NCBI GenBank assembly: GCA_029258795.1
Contig: JAPDKB010000007.1
Location: 192,001-256,000, forward strand
Origin: an archaeon
GTDB lineage: Archaea; EX4484-52; WAPT01
Length of the DNA stretch: 64,000 nt
Reading direction: 5' to 3'
Below, piece by piece: positions 57,381 to 64,000 of this stretch. The notes below the pieces were generated by a model. It was not told the DNA's origin. It saw only the letters and a program-made list of their open reading frames with translations, and did no database searches. Made by a program: the position numbers and the translations under genes. Every line of letters begins with the position of its first letter. Within the stretch, counting starts at the first letter, position 1.

Positions 57381-57764
57381 ATGATGAGCAGGGACGAGCT
57401 GGAGAGGTTTTTGCTTCTTGTGGAAAAGCTGAGGTGTGATGAGAGGTTGATTATTGTTGAGGGAAAGGAAGACAGGGTGAGTTTGGAGAGAATGGGGATA
57501 GATAGCGCGAGAATAATAGAAGTAAGCAAAAAACCGAGGCATGAGCTGATGGATGTTTTTGAGGAAAAAAACGCAAGAAGTGTGATAAGCTTTCTGGATG
57601 ATGACAAGGCGGGAAAAGCGCTGCTCAAAAGGATGAAAACTTGGTTCCCTCACGTAAGCTTTGATGAAAGCTACTCCTCCAAAATTTACGGCATGCTGCA
57701 TGTCAGCTTTGCGGCAGATATCTCAAAAGCGGTTGAAAGGCACATAACAAACTATTTTTTCTGA
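57381..57764 (+). CDS. Small Toprim-domain protein (UPF0292-like)
   Basis: IIVEGKEDRVSL and LDDDKAG Toprim motifs. Confidence 0.8.
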   Translation: MMSRDELERFLLLVEKLRCDERLIIVEGKEDRVSLERMGIDSARIIEVSKKPRHELMDVFEEKNARSVISFLDDDKAGKALLKRMKTWFPHVSFDESYSSKIYGMLHVSFAADISKAVERHITNYFF

Positions 57765-59383
57765 GATTCATCTTGTGGTGGAGAGGTTTCCTGTGTTTCC
57801 AAATTTTCCCTTGATTGAGTCAGGGTGGGTTTGGAAGGCATATCGCTCTTTCCCTTAACCTTCTTTTTTTCCAGCAATTTCTCCAATGCTTCCACAAACT
57901 CCTTCGTTTTCTCCCTTATCTCGTAAATCTTCTCCTCCGGGATATCCTCTTCCTTGCCCTCCTTGACCATCTCCAGATACTTCATCATGATGTTGAACAG
58001 ATACTCGTGCTGCTCCCTGACCTCTGGAAAGGTGCTGTGCATTACCGCGGGCAAGTCCTTCAGTTCTTCAGGCGGCTCTATGCCAACACGCCTCAGGGCA
58101 ACAACATCCGCCTTCAAAAACATCTTGTAGGTTTCTATCAGCACATTACCCTTGTGGCGCATCCCCATACTGTCTATCAGGCTCTTAATGGCATCAACAA
58201 CCTTTCTTGCTCTCTCTATATATTCATCCACCATCTTCCCTATGTCCTTACTCTCCTCAGGAGGCATGTACTCAACATCTTTTGCAAACTTGTGCACAGC
58301 CCTTATATCATCAACCACGCTCCTGTCAAGCATTCCTCTTGCCACAAGAGTTGCCTCCAAAGCGTCAGCCACCTCCTCCTTGTTCACGGGAAGGCGGCCT
58401 ATCATCATCAACGCTGCATTTCCAGCTGACGCTACCGCTTGCTCAAGGTAGTGAGCTGCCGATTTAACGCGGGAGACAGCATAATCCACAAACTTCGGAG
58501 CAGCTGAAATCTTCTTGTCCACAGCTTCTTTGGTGGTTGGCACCATGCCACGCTGTACCATGCGCTTTGCGGGCATGAAGACGCCAACATCATAGACAGG
58601 GATGCCGTATCTCAAAATGGAGATAAGCACCGGCTCCGCCATTCTCAAATTGTCCCAGAACTCCGTGAGGAACATGAATGCCTGAATGGTTATGCGCTCA
58701 TCAACATCCCTTGCTATTCTCACCAGCTCATCCCATATCTGGTCCTTAATCTGATCCGGAACTTCCTCCTCTATGCCCGTATCATCCATCACCACGAAAA
58801 TGTCAAGATCACTCTTCTCATGATGCGTACCTTTAGCCGTTGAGCCGTAAACCACAACCGCTTTAACCCTCTTCTTGTACTTCTGGATTAACTTGGCTGC
58901 GTACCTCCTTGCTACCTCCATCCTCTTCTCAAAATCCTTCTTTCTCTTCTCCTCCTGCAGTTTTTTGGCCATCTCCTCGATCTTTTTCTCCTCCTGCTTA
59001 GCAATCTTGATTATCTCCTCCGCTCTTTCTTCAGAAATGCCAGCATTCACAAGTTCCTTGAGTTTTGCTGAAGCAAGAGCGTTTATAGTTGTTATGCCTG
59101 CTGCCTTCAACTTTGCCTTCTCCTCCTTGCTCAAGAAATCGAACTTCTCAATAGACCTGCCGTTTGCAGCCAGTTCCTTCAGCTTTTTCTCCTCCCTACT
59201 TACCATGTATTTCTCAATTATCGCTCTCTTCTTCTCATCAACCACCGAGGCACGGATAGCATCCTTACCATTAGAGTTTTTATTTTTCGAGTTTTCTTGT
59301 TTGCCTTTATTATTCTTCACATTATCACCCCTATCGGATTGAGAAGTATTCTCACCAACAACAGCTTCTCTTATCTCCTCCAT
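57752..59383 (-). CDS. Nucleotidyltransferase (MNT/Pol-beta-like) with N-terminal HhH-like and C-terminal helical domains
   Basis: VYGSTAKG.....SDLDIFVVMDD; KLKAAGITTINALA....L..AGIS..RA..II HhH-like; start ATG 59383 assumed. Confidence 0.8.
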   Translation of the reverse strand: MEEIREAVVGENTSQSDRGDNVKNNKGKQENSKNKNSNGKDAIRASVVDEKKRAIIEKYMVSREEKKLKELAANGRSIEKFDFLSKEEKAKLKAAGITTINALASAKLKELVNAGISEERAEEIIKIAKQEEKKIEEMAKKLQEEKRKKDFEKRMEVARRYAAKLIQKYKKRVKAVVVYGSTAKGTHHEKSDLDIFVVMDDTGIEEEVPDQIKDQIWDELVRIARDVDERITIQAFMFLTEFWDNLRMAEPVLISILRYGIPVYDVGVFMPAKRMVQRGMVPTTKEAVDKKISAAPKFVDYAVSRVKSAAHYLEQAVASAGNAALMMIGRLPVNKEEVADALEATLVARGMLDRSVVDDIRAVHKFAKDVEYMPPEESKDIGKMVDEYIERARKVVDAIKSLIDSMGMRHKGNVLIETYKMFLKADVVALRRVGIEPPEELKDLPAVMHSTFPEVREQHEYLFNIMMKYLEMVKEGKEEDIPEEKIYEIREKTKEFVEALEKLLEKKKVKGKSDMPSKPTLTQSRENLETQETSPPQDESQKK

Positions 59384-59477
59384 GCCACCGCTGTTGCCCA
59401 CAAAAATCACCAAAGAAATGTTGTGTTCTCACATTTATATAAATGAGCCAACCACAATTTTGAAATTCAGAGCCAAA

Positions 59478-62036
59478 TCACCACCTGAACTTGTTCCTGA
59501 TCCACTGGGCAAGGCGGTTCATTTCCTTGGCTCTCTCTCCCAAGAACGTGTAGCTGTGCTCCGGAAGTGTCAGCAAGCCCTCTATCGGGTCCATTGCATG
59601 CATTTTCACCGCCTGATACTGTGCGGCTTCAAACTCCGGCCCGAGTCCGTAGAAGTCTGGAGGTAGCTTGTCGGGAGGTACTTCTTCCTCAAGATGCTTT
59701 ACCATCAGCCTCAAAGCTACAGCGCTGTCTTCTGGTGGTCCTGCAGCACCCCACTCCCAAATCATATACGCGTCCTTCATACCTTTCTTTCTTAACAACC
59801 ATAACCATTTATAAAGTATGTACATGTCCAAGCTGAAGAGCTGAATCTGTCCGTGCAAGCCACCATAAGGGCGTGGCGCATTTATATGCACCATCCTCAC
59901 ATATTTGGCATCCCCCTCCCTTATGTTCTCCTCCACATCCTTGATGGGGTCAATGAGGTTGGTGGTGAGGTGCTCAAAATCAATGGTGTATGATATGTGC
60001 TCGCCTTTCTCTATGCTTTTAACCAGAGCTATGTGGTGGTGTGCATGCATTACTCTAAGCTGACCTTCAAGTCCCGGAGCCGGTTGCTCAGTCTCCACAA
60101 AAATGTGGATTTTGTTTTTCTTGCAGTACTCGTAGATGGAAAGATCCATTTCGTCATTTTCCAGATCCCTCAGAATTCTGCTGTCCATTACACTACCCTT
60201 ATCCTGCTCTTTTTCTATTCTCCACTCTCTGACCTGCTCCGGCAATCCACCCATATTCCATGGAGGTGTTTTCACAAGCAAGTGTCCCTGAATGTACTTG
60301 CATGCAACTGCGGTGATTATAAGCTCGATTATCTTCTGCACGGGTATTTTGGCCCTGTTGCCTTTATCATCTTCATAAACGGATTCTCCCTTGTTCGCAC
60401 GGTCTATGGCCACGTCAGGTTTTATTCTACAACCTGCTTCCCTCTCCACTATCTCCTTCCAGAGGAAATCTCCTGTTTCGGACATGTACTTGGCAACCAC
60501 CTCATAGCTTACCCTTTCCTGTGCCTCACTTCCCTGCTGTTTCCACAGTTCAAAAAGCTGGTCGAAATCCATGTTTAGCACAGTTCTAATCACATCACTG
60601 CAAAGCATGAAATGCTTGTAAGCTCTGGAAAGTCCTACCGCACCATTCCCTTTTCTCAACGCTTCTTCGGGAGCTACACCATTGTTCAGCACCCTCGTAA
60701 ATATTCTGTAAACGATGCTATACCTCAAAAGTTCCTCAATTTCTTCCCTCAATTTGTTCTCATCGGGAATCCTGCTTTCATCACACATCTCGACCTTGTG
60801 TTTGATAACATAGTAGTTTTTCAGTTCCTCATTAAGTGCTTGAAAATATCCTGCTTTGCTGGGGTCTCGCTGTCTTTGTTGTGCCTTTTCTTTGATCCCC
60901 TCAGCTTCTATTTGTAGCTCGTTTATTTTTCTTTCATTACTCTCCTTTCTTTCTTCTAGTTTCCTAATTTCGTTAATGATGTTTTCTTTTTCTTCTTCTT
61001 TGCTTACAACTTCAAGTTGATACCCAAGATCCCTGATCATTTTCTCAATTTGCGTTATTTCTGATTTTAACGCAATAATTTGGGCGTTGATTTCAGAAAG
61101 TCTTTTCCTTTCATCAGGAGTAAGATCTAGCAGTTTCTCAGCTTCCTTCGTTTTATTCTCAAGTTCCCTTATCTTCTTATCAAGTTCTTCCAGAATTTTT
61201 GGTCTTGCTAACTTCCAGTACTTTAATTTCATTCTGTTCAGCTCTCTCGCTGCAAACACAACTCTTTCTTTAAAATCCCTACCCGGATATTTGGGCCCTT
61301 CATCAGTCTCTATTTGCTCAGTTGTGCTCAAAAAGTATGAAACCTCGGCGTTTGGCACGCTACCAAGCACTCGGTATAGGACGTTCACGAATCTTGCCTT
61401 GAACCATTCCTTAAACCAGGGTATATGTTTCTTCTTGCCATCTGATGGATCTTTAAATTTCCCTTCAGAGACCTTCTCAATCCACATAGCCAAATTTTCA
61501 CCCGTAAATGAGTACTGTGGAACAGGATACTCATGGGCTGCAAGATAATAGACAAGGCCGGGTCTCGGTTTGTGGGAAGTGTGAAACAGAATAAATTTGG
61601 CACCCGTTTTTTTTGCTATTATCGCTGTTCTCTGCACATTGCGGTGGTGTCTTTCCCATTCATAAGCATTTGCCACACCCAAATCTATGGCAATTTCTCC
61701 AGTTACAGGAGCGTGTATTCCGAATCCAAAGTATGGGCCCTGAGCTTCAATCACCCTTTTTACCTCGTCCTCCACGCCATGCTCATAAGCCTCCGCTATA
61801 CTCTCAAAATCAACTTCCACAAAATCAAAACCCTGTCTTGCTCCAAAAGCAATTTTTCTGGCTATCCCGGAGAGAGCCATTCTCTCTGCTCCCTGCCTGA
61901 ACTGGGCAAATCCAGGGGTAACTCCTATTATATAGCCGATGGGTCTGTTGTGTTCGTCCCACCTTCCCTGCGGCTTCTTTTCCGTTGGATTGGCATTGCT
62001 CTTTTCCTTTGGCTTTTTAAGTTTGTCCAGCACCAT
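59478..62036 (-). CDS. Xylose-isomerase/AP-endonuclease-2-like TIM-barrel protein with large coiled-coil insertion
   Basis: GIHAP, LFHTS, FVETE, TIDFEHL, MVHIN..HGQI, IWEWG metal-site motifs flanking a long charged helical insert. Confidence 0.7.
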   Translation of the reverse strand: MVLDKLKKPKEKSNANPTEKKPQGRWDEHNRPIGYIIGVTPGFAQFRQGAERMALSGIARKIAFGARQGFDFVEVDFESIAEAYEHGVEDEVKRVIEAQGPYFGFGIHAPVTGEIAIDLGVANAYEWERHHRNVQRTAIIAKKTGAKFILFHTSHKPRPGLVYYLAAHEYPVPQYSFTGENLAMWIEKVSEGKFKDPSDGKKKHIPWFKEWFKARFVNVLYRVLGSVPNAEVSYFLSTTEQIETDEGPKYPGRDFKERVVFAARELNRMKLKYWKLARPKILEELDKKIRELENKTKEAEKLLDLTPDERKRLSEINAQIIALKSEITQIEKMIRDLGYQLEVVSKEEEKENIINEIRKLEERKESNERKINELQIEAEGIKEKAQQRQRDPSKAGYFQALNEELKNYYVIKHKVEMCDESRIPDENKLREEIEELLRYSIVYRIFTRVLNNGVAPEEALRKGNGAVGLSRAYKHFMLCSDVIRTVLNMDFDQLFELWKQQGSEAQERVSYEVVAKYMSETGDFLWKEIVEREAGCRIKPDVAIDRANKGESVYEDDKGNRAKIPVQKIIELIITAVACKYIQGHLLVKTPPWNMGGLPEQVREWRIEKEQDKGSVMDSRILRDLENDEMDLSIYEYCKKNKIHIFVETEQPAPGLEGQLRVMHAHHHIALVKSIEKGEHISYTIDFEHLTTNLIDPIKDVEENIREGDAKYVRMVHINAPRPYGGLHGQIQLFSLDMYILYKWLWLLRKKGMKDAYMIWEWGAAGPPEDSAVALRLMVKHLEEEVPPDKLPPDFYGLGPEFEAAQYQAVKMHAMDPIEGLLTLPEHSYTFLGERAKEMNRLAQWIRNKFRW

Positions 62037-62089
62037 GATAACTCACATTCATTTATATAGATGAATGCTCAAAATAAAACTTTGGGTGT

Positions 62090-62779
62090 TTGACAGTGGG
62101 TCTGGCAGATAAGCTGGGAGGAATCACCTCAAAATTCAAGAGGAAATCTCTCGACCAGAAGATAGATGAAGCTCTGAAAAGTCAATCTTCCACTAACAGA
62201 ATGAGCGATTTTTCAAGCACTTTCTCACAGCTAAACAAAAACGCTGCTGAAAGGTTCAGAAGTGAGGTGAGTGGAGCTGGCAAGGCCATGTTCACGAGAG
62301 CTGAGGAGAGATTTGATTCAAACTACCCCGCGATAGAAAAAGCTCCTTTTGGAGATATGACTCAGGAAAGCCCTTTGACCAGGGACTTCGATAAGTTCCC
62401 ATCAGGAGATAACTTTCAAAGCGGTTTTGAAAGAATGGAAACAAAGAGAGAGCCCGCTGCGCCAATGGAAGAGAATCCCTTCATGCATGCAGCAACGTCC
62501 ATGCCCTCCCTACCTGAGGAAAATAATGCTCAACCTCAACCCCCATTTCAGCAGGAAAGCGCACGTTCCTTCTCAACCACTGAGGTCTCTTCTCATCCCG
62601 GTGTTGAGACAAGAGCAAGGGAAAGTTTTGGTGAAACCTCCCTTCCTTTATCATCTCCGCATCCCACAAGCACCACCCAAGCCGATATTTCCGCGGTTCT
62701 GAGGGAGTTGCAGGCCATCAGGGAGCAGAATGCCGTAATTCTTGAAAAGCTGAAAAGAATCGAGGAGCGGTTGAGGTGA
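62090..62779 (+). CDS. Low-complexity protein with C-terminal coiled coil
   Basis: S/P/F/E-rich disordered body; DISAVLRELQAIREQNAVILEKLKRIEERLR. Confidence 0.65.
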   Translation: MTVGLADKLGGITSKFKRKSLDQKIDEALKSQSSTNRMSDFSSTFSQLNKNAAERFRSEVSGAGKAMFTRAEERFDSNYPAIEKAPFGDMTQESPLTRDFDKFPSGDNFQSGFERMETKREPAAPMEENPFMHAATSMPSLPEENNAQPQPPFQQESARSFSTTEVSSHPGVETRARESFGETSLPLSSPHPTSTTQADISAVLRELQAIREQNAVILEKLKRIEERLR

Positions 62780-62828
62780 AGAGCAGGAGCTGAATGGAAA
62801 ACAGAATAATGAGAGTGCACTCAAACAC

Positions 62829-63362
62829 TCAGTAGTTGAATCCTGCTCCTTTGGGCACGGTGACGCGTTCCGTCTTCTGAACCGGTATGCCGAGCATCTC
62901 TCTCAACGCGTTCTCTATCGTCATCAGCATCTTTTTGGAAACTTCGAAATATTTGGTGCGCTGCTTGTTGTAGAATAGGTAGGAATATGTCCACCAGAAG
63001 CTCTTGTGTATGCTGTGAGAATAAGGCACCCTCGTTTCAAGCACACCTCCGTATTTCAGAGTCATGTGTCCCATTTTTTGCGGGTCATCTCCCTGCTGAC
63101 CCCAGGCACGCATCTTGAACTTGAGAGATGTCCATCTGTCAAAAGCTCTGTTTGCCTCAACTTCATAATAAAAGCTGCCATCGGTGGTGTCCCACCTCAC
63201 ATCCTTTTCCCATACATCGGGACTTCCTATCTCCAGCACATGTTTGAGCAGCTCCACCATCTTATCCTTAAAACCCAAGGGATTTGGTCCTCTATAGGTT
63301 ATTTTTTTCATTTCATGCGGTGCGAAGACCATGTCGGAATAGTAAAGCTCTTTGTTAGCCAT
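62829..63362 (-). CDS. Uncharacterised archaeal protein (paralog B)
   Basis: Aligns with the neighbouring ORF (F.PHE...I.Y.GP.P; L.T..P; S....FW...Y). Confidence 0.75.
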   Translation of the reverse strand: MANKELYYSDMVFAPHEMKKITYRGPNPLGFKDKMVELLKHVLEIGSPDVWEKDVRWDTTDGSFYYEVEANRAFDRWTSLKFKMRAWGQQGDDPQKMGHMTLKYGGVLETRVPYSHSIHKSFWWTYSYLFYNKQRTKYFEVSKKMLMTIENALREMLGIPVQKTERVTVPKGAGFNY

Positions 63363-63870
63363 GTTCCCTCAACTCCTCCATATACTTCTTTACTTCTTCT
63401 TCCAGCTTCCTCACTATCCTTCTCCCAATCTGAATGTATTCCATCCTTTTTTTGTGGTAAAACACGGTGTGCCAGAAGCGTCTAGCCATCTCGTAAAAGA
63501 TGGATTGCTGGAGCAGCGTGTCCTGCGGGTACTCGGTTATTAGCGCGGCATCTATGGAGATGGTCACTGGGCCCTTTCCGTTTTTGGAAAAGCCCTTCAT
63601 CTTTATGTCAGCGCGAATGTGGGAATAGACGTCCATCTGCTTTATTACGCGCCACCACACGTTGAATTTTATCTCGTTCTCACTTGGCGTTTCCCATGTA
63701 AAAGCTATCTCCTGAATATGGCTTCTGGGGATGTTGAATATGACCGGCATGAGTTCCTGCATTTTGGAATACAGCCTTTCGGGGTGGGGTCCGGAATAAT
63801 TTATGAATATCTCTTCATGGGGTTCAAAGAGGTCGTCATAAATCACAAGCTTGGTCCTTGCCCATACCAT
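63355..63870 (-). CDS. Uncharacterised archaeal protein (paralog A)
   Basis: Overlaps paralog B start by 8 nt; shared motifs. Confidence 0.75.
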   Translation of the reverse strand: MVWARTKLVIYDDLFEPHEEIFINYSGPHPERLYSKMQELMPVIFNIPRSHIQEIAFTWETPSENEIKFNVWWRVIKQMDVYSHIRADIKMKGFSKNGKGPVTISIDAALITEYPQDTLLQQSIFYEMARRFWHTVFYHKKRMEYIQIGRRIVRKLEEEVKKYMEELREHG

Positions 63871-63925
63871 GATAATAATAAGAGGTAATAGCTATTTATA
63901 TAAATTGCAAGAAAATAGTAAAAGT

Positions 63926-64000
63926 ATGGAGCTGGAAACCCTGGAAGTTATTGTGGGGCTGTTGCTTCTTTTCTTTGGAATATACCTTCTCTACTTTATG
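63926..64000 (+). CDS. Start of a membrane protein (truncated by window)
   Basis: MELETLEVIVGLLLLFFGIYLLYFM...; TTTATATA TATA-like box upstream. Confidence 0.55.
   Translation, partial: MELETLEVIVGLLLLFFGIYLLYFM

Noticed and set aside
1-64000. tRNA, rRNA, CRISPR array, transposase, integrase
   Set aside because: No cloverleaf/T-loop signature, regularly spaced repeats or recombinase motifs recognised by eye; a covariance-model scan would be needed to exclude them fully.

Overview
Archaeal chromosomal segment, gene-dense, with archaeal informational genes (RNase J, GINS, rpl44e, rps27e, DRG GTPase, TFB, Trm1, MtaB-type methylthiotransferase). A DPANN-type lineage is suggested by the giant surface proteins and the NTase/TIM-barrel/paired-paralog locus at the right end, but that is inference. 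The most striking element is a dispersed nucleotide/one-carbon cluster (about 7.4-24.5 kb): dCMP deaminase-mtrA-mtrH, archaeal-type thyA, flavin reductase, a MetV-MetF-like fusion, and glyA-DUF4346. No membrane Mtr subunits, dihydrofolate reductase or thyX are seen in the window. I hypothesise a corrinoid-dependent route supplying the methyl group of dTMP. A 9.3-kb surface-protein gene splits the cluster. Other notable items: an unannotated C/D-box sRNA beside trm1, an AT-rich restriction island (DpnII-like REase, GmrSD, beta-class MTase) next to a permease remnant, a second large surface protein with a locally identical 116-bp internal repeat, a cupin gene frameshifted in a G7 run, small ORFs missing from the ORF track (desulforedoxin, RHH-like protein), and a stand-alone AEP/LigD-Pol-like gene. 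No rRNA, tRNA, CRISPR array or transposase was recognised. All family calls come from motif recognition by eye; no database searches were run.
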